Source of the DNA: a virus
Lineage: Duplodnaviria > Caudoviricetes
Direction: 5' to 3' (one strand)
Length of the DNA stretch: 64,000 bases
Virus record (IMG/VR): IMGVR_UViG_2791355405_000002
Span: 1-64,000 of that record
Under the pieces are notes generated by a model. It was given only the letters and a program-made list of their open reading frames with translations, was not told the DNA's origin and searched no databases. A program made the translations under genes and the position numbers. This document shows positions 55,761 to 64,000 of the stretch, piece by piece. The first letter of the stretch is position 1. Every line of letters begins with the position of its first letter.

Positions 55761-55795
55761 TCCGGCGCTCGACTGGATCACGGAACGGAGGCACC

Positions 55796-56500
55796 GTGAC
55801 AGCACCCCTGCTGGTCATCGTCCCGACGAGGGGCCGCCCGCAGAACGCGGCCCGGCTGGTGTACGCATTCGCGGAGACCGAGTCGCTCAACGCGGACCTG
55901 GTGTTCGTCGCCGACCACGACGACCCGGAACTCCCCGCCTACCACGTCGCGGCGCCCCGGCTGCTGATCCACCGGGGCGAGACCGGGACGGGCATGGTCG
56001 CCGGCCTCAACTGGGCGGCCAGCCTCTACACCGACATCTACGATCACATCGGGTTCATGGGCGACGACCATCTGCCGCGCACGCCCGGCTGGGACGCCCA
56101 CGTGCTCGGCGCGCTGAATTCGCCGTGGCCGCAGGTGGTCTACGGCAACGATCTGTTCCAGGGTGAGCGGCTGCCGACGGCCGCCTTCCTCCCGTCCCGG
56201 ATCGTGCGGGCGCTGGGTTACATGGCGCCGCCGGTGCTGCGGCACCTGTACGTGGACGACTTCTGGCTGGAGCTGGGCCGCCGGCTCGGCGGGCTCAAGT
56301 ACCTGCCGGACGTCGTCATCGAGCATCTGCACCCGGCGGCCGGGAAAACGGTGATGGACGAACGGTACGCGGCCGTCAACGCTCCCGAGGCGGACGTGGC
56401 CGACCGGCTCGCCTGGCTGGAGTTCCGGGACGGCGAGGGGTTCGCGGCAGCCCTCCGTCGCGTGCGCGAGGAGTACAGCGTGAAGGGGCTGAGCCCGTGA
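55796..56500 (+). CDS. GT2-like glycosyltransferase
   Basis: VIVPTRGRP, FMGDD, HLYVDD and IEHLHP motifs. Confidence 0.85.
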   Translation: MTAPLLVIVPTRGRPQNAARLVYAFAETESLNADLVFVADHDDPELPAYHVAAPRLLIHRGETGTGMVAGLNWAASLYTDIYDHIGFMGDDHLPRTPGWDAHVLGALNSPWPQVVYGNDLFQGERLPTAAFLPSRIVRALGYMAPPVLRHLYVDDFWLELGRRLGGLKYLPDVVIEHLHPAAGKTVMDERYAAVNAPEADVADRLAWLEFRDGEGFAAALRRVREEYSVKGLSP

Positions 56501-57396
56501 GGGCGTTGGTCACCGGGGACCGGGGCTTCCTCGGACGGCACTTCAAAGCGGAGCTGCTCCGGCGCGGGTACGACGTCACCGGCCTGGACGTGAAGGCCTC
56601 CCCAGCGCAGGACTGCCGGAACTACTTCCGCGAGTGCCTGAGCAAGGGTGCGGTGCCCGGCATGTGGGACCTCGTCGTGCACTGCGCGGCCGTGGTCGGC
56701 GGCCGGGCGACGATCGACGGTGACCCGCTCGCCACGGCGGAGTCGCTGAGCATCGACGCTGAGATGTTCCGCTGGGCGGCCGTCGCGCGGCCGGGCCGGG
56801 TGCTCTACTTCAGCTCCAGCGCGGCGTACCCGGTGACACACCAGACCGGTGACTTGCCCGCCCGGCTGTACGAGGAGTTGACGGACCCGGTCGCGTATTC
56901 GGTCGACCGGCCGGACCAGGTGTACGGCTGGAGCAAGGTCACGGGCGAACTCCTCGCGGCCCGGCTGCGCGAGACTGGCGTCCCCGTGACCGTGGTCCGG
57001 CCGTTCAGCGGGTACGGCGAGGACCAGGACGAGACGTACCCGTTCCGGGCGATCCTCGGTCGCGTCCAGCGCCGGGAAGACCCGCTGGAAGTCTGGGGGT
57101 CCGGTGAGCAGGTGCGCGACTGGATCCACGTGGACGACGTCGTCGCCGGGGCCCTGGCCGTCGCGGAGTCGGGCACCGAGGACCCGGTGAACCTCTGCAC
57201 CGGTCGGCCGACGTCGTTCCTAGAGCTGGCCCGGATGATGGCGGCGGTCGCGGAGTACGAGCCGGAGATCAAGCCGTTGCCGGGCAAGCCGGCCGGCGTG
57301 GCGTACCGGGTCGGCGACCCGGCGCGGATGCGCCGCTTCTACGAGCCCCGGGTGGACTTGATGGACGGGGTCCTGCGGGCGTTGAACGTGATCTGA
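56497..57396 (+). CDS. NAD-dependent epimerase/dehydratase
   Basis: VTGDRGFLG, SSSAAY, YGWSK and RDWIHVDD motifs; GTGA overlap. Confidence 0.9.
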   Translation: MRALVTGDRGFLGRHFKAELLRRGYDVTGLDVKASPAQDCRNYFRECLSKGAVPGMWDLVVHCAAVVGGRATIDGDPLATAESLSIDAEMFRWAAVARPGRVLYFSSSAAYPVTHQTGDLPARLYEELTDPVAYSVDRPDQVYGWSKVTGELLAARLRETGVPVTVVRPFSGYGEDQDETYPFRAILGRVQRREDPLEVWGSGEQVRDWIHVDDVVAGALAVAESGTEDPVNLCTGRPTSFLELARMMAAVAEYEPEIKPLPGKPAGVAYRVGDPARMRRFYEPRVDLMDGVLRALNVI

Positions 57397-57405
57397 GATC
57401 AGGGG

Positions 57406-57444
57406 TTGTCCCGTCACCAGACCTATGATTTAATTAAGTCATCG
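57406..57444 (+). promoter_or_regulatory. Early promoter/operator TTGTCC-17-TTTAAT
   Basis: ATGATTTAATTAAGTCAT palindrome. Confidence 0.75.
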
Positions 57445-57474
57445 AGAGGGACCGACCAAGGAAAGCAGGCCACC

Positions 57475-58008
57475 ATGACCGACGTCATCATCAGCCGCCA
57501 GGGTTTCGGCGAGAACGATGAGCTGCCCGCCACGGTCACCGAGGCTGCGCCCGGTCAGGTTGTCGTCGTCCCGGACGGCCGGATGAAGCACGTTGTCTTC
57601 GTGGACGGCGAGCAGGCTGGCGTGGTGTTCGACGAGTCGGCCGCCAGGCTGGAGCGCGGCGCCTTCGCCGTGTGGGCCCCGAAGCAGAGCAAGCGCCGGG
57701 ACGGCACAGCCGGCTTCTACCCCACTTTGGAGGACGCGGCCCTGGCCGCCGTTGGCCGCACCGCGAAGCCGGCCGAGACGGACAGCAAGGGCCGCCGGAT
57801 CGTCACCGTCAAGGGCAAGCGGTACATCGTCAGCGCCGTCACCCCGGCCCGGCCCAAGACCGAAGGCGCCGTTAGCTGGATCCCCGAGGCGTACGCCTGC
57901 TACTGGTCCGAGCGGAACGGCGAGACCTTCGGCCCCATGCAGCGCGCCCTCGCGAGCCGGAGGCCGGGCACCGTCGGCCGCGCCATCTGGGACGCGATCA
58001 GCCAGTGA
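57475..58008 (+). CDS. Hypothetical protein
   Basis: Start-associated motif. Confidence 0.7.
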   Translation: MTDVIISRQGFGENDELPATVTEAAPGQVVVVPDGRMKHVVFVDGEQAGVVFDESAARLERGAFAVWAPKQSKRRDGTAGFYPTLEDAALAAVGRTAKPAETDSKGRRIVTVKGKRYIVSAVTPARPKTEGAVSWIPEAYACYWSERNGETFGPMQRALASRRPGTVGRAIWDAISQ

Positions 58009-58063
58009 CCCGCCGGCCCGGGAGCCGTGCGGCTCCCGGGCCCGACCAAGGAACGAGGAACCC

Positions 58064-58390
58064 ATGACGGACACAAACCCCCGGCCGATGCTGGCGAACG
58101 CGCACGAGGCCGCCGAGGAGTACCTGATGCGCAAGGTGGCAGCCGGCGACATGGAGCCCGACGTCGCCAAGGCCCTGGCCACTACGGGCTTCACCGCCGC
58201 GACCCGGATCCTCTCCGAGCTGCGCAAGCAGGGTGTGGGCGAGCAGAGCATCACGGAGTCCTTCCAGCGGCAGCTCGACCGGGCCCGCGCCGACGGTGAC
58301 GTCCAGCGCGTCATCGCGGCGGAGTTCACCCTGGCCGTCTGGGACGGGATGCAGCGCGACCTCGCCGAGTACCTGAGCAACGCGGGCTGA
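58064..58390 (+). CDS. Hypothetical protein
   Basis: Start-associated motif. Confidence 0.7.
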   Translation: MTDTNPRPMLANAHEAAEEYLMRKVAAGDMEPDVAKALATTGFTAATRILSELRKQGVGEQSITESFQRQLDRARADGDVQRVIAAEFTLAVWDGMQRDLAEYLSNAG

Positions 58391-58428
58391 CGGCCCGGCC
58401 ACCCTTGCGACCACGGAACGAGGAACCG

Positions 58429-59007
58429 ATGAACGAACCGAGGGCAAGCGTCCGGGAGATCAGCCACCGGGTGTACGTCAACCTGCCGGACCGGCCCATC
58501 GTCAAGACGCTCAGCGGGAGCCGCCGGAAGGTGTACGGCCTGCGCCTCGAATACGGAATCCGCCGGGACATCTCCCGCGTGGACATCACCCTGGAGTTCC
58601 ACAACGCGGCGGAGCACTTCCCGCCCGTCATGGAGATGCCCGAGTGGATGCGCCGGATCGTGGAGGCCAATCGGCCGGCCGACGTCGACAACCCCGACCC
58701 GAACCGCCGCACCGGCATGGGTGGCTGGCCGCTCCCGGCGCCGACCCTGCCCGCACACCCGGATGCATACGCCAAGCACGACCCAGACGCGATGCACGCG
58801 GCCGTCATCCGGGGCCTGCGGGCCATCGGCCTGAACCCGGAGGAGGCGAGCGCATGGGCCACGGCTCATCAGCAGGACGTGCTGGACCGCGCTGGGGACG
58901 CCATCGACGATGAGGCGTGGCCGCACGAGAAGCCCGAGCACGAGAACGAGGAGCTGTACCGTCTGGCCGACAAGGTCCGGAAGCTGCTGGCCACTGAGAC
59001 GCCGTGA
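58429..59007 (+). CDS. Hypothetical protein
   Basis: Start-associated motif. Confidence 0.7.
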   Translation: MNEPRASVREISHRVYVNLPDRPIVKTLSGSRRKVYGLRLEYGIRRDISRVDITLEFHNAAEHFPPVMEMPEWMRRIVEANRPADVDNPDPNRRTGMGGWPLPAPTLPAHPDAYAKHDPDAMHAAVIRGLRAIGLNPEEASAWATAHQQDVLDRAGDAIDDEAWPHEKPEHENEELYRLADKVRKLLATETP

Positions 59008-59051
59008 GGCGCTGCCGCCCCGATCCTCTGCGATCAAGGAATGAGGAACGC

Positions 59052-59375
59052 ATGACGTACACCCTGACCCGAACCCTGCCCGACGGCACGGTGAAGACCA
59101 GCCCGACCGCGATGGGCACCCTGCCCGACGGCACGGTGAAGACCAGCCCGACCGCGATGGGCACCCTGCCCGACGGCACGGTGAAGACCAGCCCGACCGC
59201 GATGGGCACCCTGCGCGCGGTGGAGATTGCCATCGCGTACTGCCTGATGGACAACTCCAACGTGCCGCGCGGGGAGGCCCGCCGGTTCGCCGCCGACGTG
59301 GTCAGCCGGCCGATCGGCGCGGAGGTCGAGCACGAGTCGTCTGGCTACGCCTTCCGCGTGGAGCGTGCCCGGTGA
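59052..59375 (+). CDS. Hypothetical protein with 15-aa tandem repeat
   Basis: (TLPDGTVKTSPTAMG)x3. Confidence 0.7.
   Translation: MTYTLTRTLPDGTVKTSPTAMGTLPDGTVKTSPTAMGTLPDGTVKTSPTAMGTLRAVEIAIAYCLMDNSNVPRGEARRFAADVVSRPIGAEVEHESSGYAFRVERAR
59073..59214 (+). repeat. Perfect 45-bp tandem repeat x3 (+7 bp)
   Basis: ACCCTGCCCGACGGCACGGTGAAGACCAGCCCGACCGCGATGGGC at 59073, 59118, 59163. Confidence 0.95.
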
Positions 59376-59527
59376 GCCGCGCCCTGTTCCGGGCCCTGGC
59401 CCTGCCGATGATCGTCGCGGAGTGCGTCGCCCAGTTCGTCCTGCACGACCAGCAGTGGACGGTCCTGTTCGCGGTTCTGATCCTCGGCGTCTGCACCGTC
59501 GGAATGATCGTAAAGGTGCGCCCGTAG
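59372..59527 (+). CDS. Small membrane protein (51 aa)
   Basis: GTGA overlap, two hydrophobic segments. Confidence 0.55.
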   Translation: MSRALFRALALPMIVAECVAQFVLHDQQWTVLFAVLILGVCTVGMIVKVRP

Positions 59528-59600
59528 CGGACCGCGTGTCGAAAATTTTAGACATGGAACCCCGACGCCCTCTGGCCTCGGGGTTTTGTCGTGCCCGGGG

Positions 59601-59639
59601 TTGTCCCGTCGTCCGACCTATGATTTAATTAAGTCATCG
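59601..59639 (+). promoter_or_regulatory. Early promoter/operator TTGTCC-17-TTTAAT
   Basis: ATGATTTAATTAAGTCAT palindrome. Confidence 0.75.
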
Positions 59640-59677
59640 GGTCGCCAGCCAGGCGGCTCTAGGGTCAAGGAGACGTA

Positions 59678-59761
59678 ATGATCGACTACGCCGCGCTGGT
59701 CGCCGACCTCTACGACGAGGACGTCGTGGACTACGACGAGATCCTTGAGCTGGACGCCTAG
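59678..59761 (+). CDS. 27-aa acidic peptide MIDYAALVADLYDEDVVDYDEILELDA
   Basis: AAGGAG RBS, first ORF after a promoter. Confidence 0.6.
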   Translation: MIDYAALVADLYDEDVVDYDEILELDA

Positions 59762-59817
59762 GCCAGCGACTGACGCCTGCCCCACCCTGACCACGGAACT
59801 AAGGAAACGAGGACGAC

Positions 59818-60066
59818 ATGGCCCGCAGGAACCGTACCGGGACCCGGTTGACGGCGCGTGAGGTCCGGAGCATGTACCCGACGCTGGACCCCGGATTCTT
59901 CGGGATCGTGTCCGACGAGGACGTCTACGACCACAACGAGATCGTGGCCCCGGAGTACACCAGTCGCTCGTGCGGTTGCGTCACCGCCGCGTGCCCGACG
60001 TGCAAGCCCTTCTGGTTCGACGCGGACGGCAACTTCACCGGACAGCGGATGTCGCGCTTCTTGTGA
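59818..60066 (+). CDS. Hypothetical Cys-containing protein
   Basis: Start-associated motif. Confidence 0.65.
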   Translation: MARRNRTGTRLTAREVRSMYPTLDPGFFGIVSDEDVYDHNEIVAPEYTSRSCGCVTAACPTCKPFWFDADGNFTGQRMSRFL

Positions 60067-60146
60067 CCACCCCGGGCCCCGGCGCCAGTTGGCGATACCG
60101 GGGCCCTGCTCCACCCTGACCAAGGAACTGAGGAATCGAGGGCGTC

Positions 60147-60446
60147 ATGGACCGGATCATCATCGACCAGGCAAAGATCAAGGTGGACGAGAACCTGGTC
60201 CGCCGGGGCGCGCCGCCTTTCCCGCGTCCGCTGACCTGGTGGCAGCGCACAGTGCCGATCTGGGTTGATGTCTCTGAAGCCGAAGACGGCCGCATCGTCC
60301 TGACTCCCAACGGCAAGAGGGCTGACGGGTACCAGTACGAACTCACCCCGGCCGTTGTCCACCAGGAGATCAAGGCCATCGTGAAGTACCTCGGCGACCG
60401 CCGGTACCTGGACTTCTCCGACGCCTGCTCAATGACCAGGGGCTGA
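60147..60446 (+). CDS. Hypothetical protein
   Basis: Start-associated motif. Confidence 0.65.
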   Translation: MDRIIIDQAKIKVDENLVRRGAPPFPRPLTWWQRTVPIWVDVSEAEDGRIVLTPNGKRADGYQYELTPAVVHQEIKAIVKYLGDRRYLDFSDACSMTRG

Positions 60447-60452
60447 GAGACC

Positions 60453-61058
60453 ATGGACCGGATCTGGCGGGACGCGCGCAGCATCGGGGACCTCGGCGGC
60501 GCGATGGCCGGGTGGCTGGAGGGCCGCATCGCCTCGCAGCCGGGTTGCCCGGCCGGGCCGGACGACGAGACGCTGCCGCTCGTGCCGGTGCTCGCGCGGC
60601 TGAACCGGCGGGGCTGGGTCACCACGTGCTCGCAGCCCGGCGAGACCGGCACGGCGTACGACGGCCGTCGGTGGGAGCAGCGCGCGGCCGTGGAGGGATG
60701 GATCTCCTGCCGGAATCCCCTGCTCGGCACGCTCATCCGCCAGGCGCGAGCGACCGGGCTCATCGTCTCCGCGTACGGCCCGGGACGCGCTGTGGGCCCG
60801 TCTCGCGGCCTCGTGGTGACCCGATGGGGCGACGAGCCGCACACCGGCTTCGGAGGGCGCCCCAGGCGCTTCCAGCGCCGCGCGGAGCTGCCGGGCATCG
60901 GTCGCCAGGCCCGGCAGGAACTCGCCCGCCACGGCGTCGCCCTCGCCGTCATCGACCCCGTCTGGGGCCGGGACTCCGTGCTCTGGGACGCCCTGGACCA
61001 GGCCATCGGGCACCGCGCGGACGACACCGCACCGACCAAGGAAATGAGGACCCTGTGA
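60453..61058 (+). CDS. DUF6919-like protein
   Basis: WLEG...PDDET...LNRRGWVTTCSQPG...QRAAVEG...DPVWGR. Confidence 0.65.
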   Translation: MDRIWRDARSIGDLGGAMAGWLEGRIASQPGCPAGPDDETLPLVPVLARLNRRGWVTTCSQPGETGTAYDGRRWEQRAAVEGWISCRNPLLGTLIRQARATGLIVSAYGPGRAVGPSRGLVVTRWGDEPHTGFGGRPRRFQRRAELPGIGRQARQELARHGVALAVIDPVWGRDSVLWDALDQAIGHRADDTAPTKEMRTL

Positions 61059-61456
61059 CCACTGCCGCACAGCACCCCGCCAACCTCCGTCGCCGGGTGC
61101 ACGACAGGATCTCCGCTGCCCGGTACGCCGGCGACCGCGACGCCTGCGAGGCCGCTCAGGCCGACCTGGTGAGGGTGAATCTGTACGAGGCTGACTACCT
61201 CGGCATCCCGCCGCAGTACGTCGACCAGGAGACGGGCCGGTGGGGGATCCCGGAGAACGTCTGCCGCGCCTGCTGGCAGGAGATCGGGGGGCCCGTGTTC
61301 GCCGTCGGGGTGGACGGCTCGTGCATGCATTACCACCCCGACTGCCGCCCCCAGTACGCCGATCTGCCGCCGCGTCCGCTGGACCTGCTGTACCCGGCCG
61401 GCTGGCAGCACCCTCGGCGGTCGTGCCGGTCGCAACTCCCCTACTACCTCGGCTGA
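61055..61456 (+). CDS. Hypothetical protein
   Basis: GTGA overlap, start-associated motif. Confidence 0.6.
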   Translation: MTTAAQHPANLRRRVHDRISAARYAGDRDACEAAQADLVRVNLYEADYLGIPPQYVDQETGRWGIPENVCRACWQEIGGPVFAVGVDGSCMHYHPDCRPQYADLPPRPLDLLYPAGWQHPRRSCRSQLPYYLG

Positions 61457-61510
61457 CCCACCGCAGAGCCCCGAACCCTCACCGGTTCGGGGCTCTTTCG
61501 CGTTTGGGGG

Positions 61511-61549
61511 TTGTGTCCTCAGCCCAACTATGGTTTAATTAAATCATCG
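61511..61549 (+). promoter_or_regulatory. Early promoter/operator TTGTGT-17-TTTAAT
   Basis: ATGGTTTAATTAAATCAT palindrome after a terminator hairpin. Confidence 0.75.
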
Positions 61550-61574
61550 ACAGGGCGGGATAAGGGAGACGGCG

Positions 61575-61847
61575 ATGATGACGACTCAGAAGACCAAGGC
61601 CAGCACTTGGGTTCGCGTCTTCGCCGGCTTCTACGAGCGCATCGGCAGCGACGGCGTCACCGTCCTGGCGGAGATCAGTCGGGACGAGGACGGCACCTGG
61701 AGCTACATGGTGAAGCCCTTCGGCAAGGCAGGGCTGGCCTGGCAGGTGACCGGCAAGGCGACCCTGGCCGATGCCAAGCGCGGCGCTGAGGCCGCGTACC
61801 GCCGGTACATGCAACAGCACTGCGCCATGAACGCCCGCAGCAACTGA
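61575..61847 (+). CDS. Hypothetical protein
   Basis: GGGAG RBS. Confidence 0.7.
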   Translation: MMTTQKTKASTWVRVFAGFYERIGSDGVTVLAEISRDEDGTWSYMVKPFGKAGLAWQVTGKATLADAKRGAEAAYRRYMQQHCAMNARSN

Positions 61848-61866
61848 CCAAAGAAGGGGGCCCGAC

Positions 61867-62151
61867 ATGGCCGTCAACTACTCCACCGTGCGGAACTACC
61901 TCGGCAAGGAGTTCAAGCTGAGCCGGACGTCCACCGGCCGCCGGTCCGGGCAGCGCTGGTCCGAGGGCGTCCAGGTCCGCACCTCGCACACCCTCGGCGT
62001 GGTCGTGGACTACGTCGAATCACACGCCGCGTGGGGCTCCGACGGATCCCTGCGGAGGGCCGAGCTGCGCGCGGTTCGGGAGTACCTGGAGCAGCGCTTC
62101 ACCGTGGAGGACCACCCGGCCCGCGATGGCCGCATGGTCGTCTCCGACTGA
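61867..62151 (+). CDS. Hypothetical protein
   Basis: RBS, codon usage. Confidence 0.7.
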   Translation: MAVNYSTVRNYLGKEFKLSRTSTGRRSGQRWSEGVQVRTSHTLGVVVDYVESHAAWGSDGSLRRAELRAVREYLEQRFTVEDHPARDGRMVVSD

Positions 62152-62279
62152 CGAGGACTGAGGAGCGCATCGGGTTCTGCCGTGTTCGTTGGGTCGTCGA
62201 GGCGACTCACTAGACCGGGCGGCCTGAACACCACTGAGCCCCGGAGCCACCGCGCTCTGGGGCTTCTTCGTTTCCGGGG

Positions 62280-62318
62280 TTGTGTCCGTCGGGCAGTCAT
62301 GGTTTAATTAATTCATCG
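62280..62318 (+). promoter_or_regulatory. Early promoter/operator TTGTGT-17-TTTAAT
   Basis: ATGGTTTAATTAATTCAT palindrome after a terminator hairpin. Confidence 0.75.
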
Positions 62319-62360
62319 GGGCCGGTAGGGCCCGACAGACCAAGGAAAGAGGAACCGACC

Positions 62361-62786
62361 ATGATCAAGGCCTCCCGCCTCCGCCGCCGGATCGTCCGTG
62401 AGCGCGCCGCCGCCCGCCGCTTCGTCCGCTCCCTGTACCGGGGCCGCTCCCTCGCGACGCACCTGGCCTTCGCCGGTGTGGAGGACGCCGAGGTCATCAA
62501 GGGCGCCGCGAGCGGCCTGCGCTCGGCGGCCAAGCGGATCGGAGTGGGGCCTGCCAAGGTCGCCCGTACGCACCGCACCGCCGACGGCCGCTCGCCCCGG
62601 CTGCGCAAGGTGAACCACTACACCCCGGCGCAGATCGCCCGGATCGCCGCCGCATACAAGCCCCGCAAGGCGGAATACAAGGCAGCCCTGGTCCTGCTCG
62701 TCCTGGCCTACGGCGCCCCGGTGACGGTCCGCCAGACGGCCCGTCCCGTCCAGGCCCCGGCCACCCGCGAACTGGTCAGCGCCTGA
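62361..62786 (+). CDS. Basic hypothetical protein
   Basis: Start-associated motif; YKPRKAEYK. Confidence 0.7.
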   Translation: MIKASRLRRRIVRERAAARRFVRSLYRGRSLATHLAFAGVEDAEVIKGAASGLRSAAKRIGVGPAKVARTHRTADGRSPRLRKVNHYTPAQIARIAAAYKPRKAEYKAALVLLVLAYGAPVTVRQTARPVQAPATRELVSA

Positions 62787-62848
62787 CCGACAGACTTCCG
62801 GGGCCGTCGACCGGCGGCCCCGGCCCACCGCAGAGAGGAACCGACACG

Positions 62849-63103
62849 ATGGCTACCGGACCCGAGCACTACCGCGAGGCCGAGCGACTCATCGAGCAGT
62901 CCAAGACGTGGGCGAACGCGGACACAGGGTGGAAGGCTCATCTGTCCCCCGAGGTGCGCCGGGCCTACCGCATGGCCGACCTCGCCGAGGCGCAGGTGCA
63001 CGCGGACCTCGCGAAGGCCGCCGCCACGGCGATGGGCGCTCTGTCGGGCGGCATGGCCGGCGAGGACTACTCGGCATGGGACAAGGTCGCCGGCGAGCAC
63101 TGA
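62849..63103 (+). CDS. Hypothetical protein
   Basis: TGPEHYREAERL...AQVHA, a common actinophage small-protein pattern. Confidence 0.75.
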   Translation: MATGPEHYREAERLIEQSKTWANADTGWKAHLSPEVRRAYRMADLAEAQVHADLAKAAATAMGALSGGMAGEDYSAWDKVAGEH

Positions 63104-63187
63104 GCCCTACGTGGACGTCATCGGCCCCGCGCCGGTGGCGCCCGCGAGGCGGCTCAGCCTCACCGACCAAGGAATGAGGAACCGATC

Positions 63188-63343
63188 ATGGCAGTTGTGT
63201 TCTCGGTCCCGGATGCCGGTCTTCTGCGCAACCTCAAGCGGGCCGACGAGGTGGCCGCCGAGTACGGCGGGGACGCCACCGTGAAGCAGGACCCCGCCAC
63301 CGACACCTGGAACGTGCACGTCCCGGACGGGGACGACCGCTGA
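63188..63343 (+). CDS. Small hypothetical protein (51 aa)
   Basis: Start-associated motif. Confidence 0.6.
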   Translation: MAVVFSVPDAGLLRNLKRADEVAAEYGGDATVKQDPATDTWNVHVPDGDDR

Positions 63344-63402
63344 CACACTGAGGCCCCGCCACCCGGCGGGGTCTTTCTCTTTGACCACGGAAGGAACTGA
63401 CC

Positions 63403-63630
63403 GTGACGAGCACCGGAGGCTCGGTCGTACCGACCAACGACCACGGCCCGGACGGCCTGACGTCTTGTGGTGGCGGGTGCTGCGACGGATTCGGACCGGC
63501 CGGCACACGACCGGGCGACGAGATGCGTTGCCCCTGCGGCCACGCAGCCCGCACGGTGAGGATCTGCCGAGAGTGCGGCCACAAGGGGCACCGTGCGGCT
63601 GCGTGCCGCGAGACCGTAATCCGAGACTAG
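63403..63630 (+). CDS. Cys-rich hypothetical protein
   Basis: Several CxxC/H; start-associated motif. Confidence 0.6.
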   Translation: MTSTGGSVVPTNDHGPDGLTSCGGGCCDGFGPAGTRPGDEMRCPCGHAARTVRICRECGHKGHRAAACRETVIRD

Positions 63631-63675
63631 TGGGAGGGCTGACCCGCCGTCACCGCTGAATCTGTGCCCCGGGGG

Positions 63676-63717
63676 TTGTCCTAGCCCCGTGGCACAGGTA
63701 TGATTTAGCTAAATCGA
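63676..63717 (+). promoter_or_regulatory. Promoter TTGTCC-17-TATGAT with GATTTAGCTAAATC palindrome
   Basis: Same palindrome variant at 39121-39137. Confidence 0.7.
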
Positions 63718-63759
63718 CCTGTTAGGTCGTAGACCAAGGAACCAGGAAAGTGGTGCCCC

Positions 63760-64000
63760 ATGACCAGCTACTCGGTGGAGAGGCCGGCGCGCTCGCGCGG
63801 CTCCCGTCCGTCCAGCGTCAGTCCCGGACTGGTCCACCTGCGCCCCGGCCAGGCGACCATCGGCCAGCCGGTGACCGTCCGCACGTTCGACGAGGGCGGC
63901 GACGAGATCGAATTCCCGGCCGTCTACGTACGCATGGACCGCAACGGTCTGCACCTGCGCTGCGCCCGCGAGGACGAGACCCGGACCCACAAGTACCGGC
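63760..64000 (+). CDS. Hypothetical protein (runs off window)
   Basis: ATG after the start-associated motif, open to the window end. Confidence 0.6.
   Translation, partial: MTSYSVERPARSRGSRPSSVSPGLVHLRPGQATIGQPVTVRTFDEGGDEIEFPAVYVRMDRNGLHLRCAREDETRTHKYR

Overview
The whole window is a high-GC actinobacterial (very likely Streptomyces) tailed phage or phage-plasmid genome segment. No host chromosomal genes or att boundaries are visible. The left half (minus strand) carries cluster-B-like virion genes: major tail (partial), pentamer and hexamer capsid proteins, a 2H-phosphoesterase/MuF/protease fusion, portal, TerL and TerS. It also carries a holin, an Rpf-NlpC/P60-LysM muralytic enzyme, a translationally coupled DNA hypermodification operon (ParB, amino acid:DNA transferase, FAD oxidoreductase, P-loop kinase, TET/JBP dioxygenase) and a 1445-aa primase-helicase-PolA fusion. 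Accessory cargo sits between TerL and portal: a two-gene graspetide (ATP-grasp RiPP) cassette with a two-core precursor and a TTA codon in the maturase, a GntR switch, a Xer-like recombinase and a DnaQ exonuclease. The right half (plus strand) holds a helicase, exonuclease, SSB, RuvC, an anticodon-less tRNA-like RNA, a Streptomyces TraB conjugation module with dense repeat arrays and three stand-alone copies of the TraB C-terminal wHTH, glycosyltransferases, a candidate structured ncRNA, and an array of small early genes. Three recurrent cis-motifs appear throughout: an AT-rich palindromic promoter/operator, a GACCAAGGAAYGAGG start-associated motif, and a second, probably late, promoter class. 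Protein calls come from recognising motifs by eye, not from database searches. Start codons were re-picked manually using RBS and overlap evidence.
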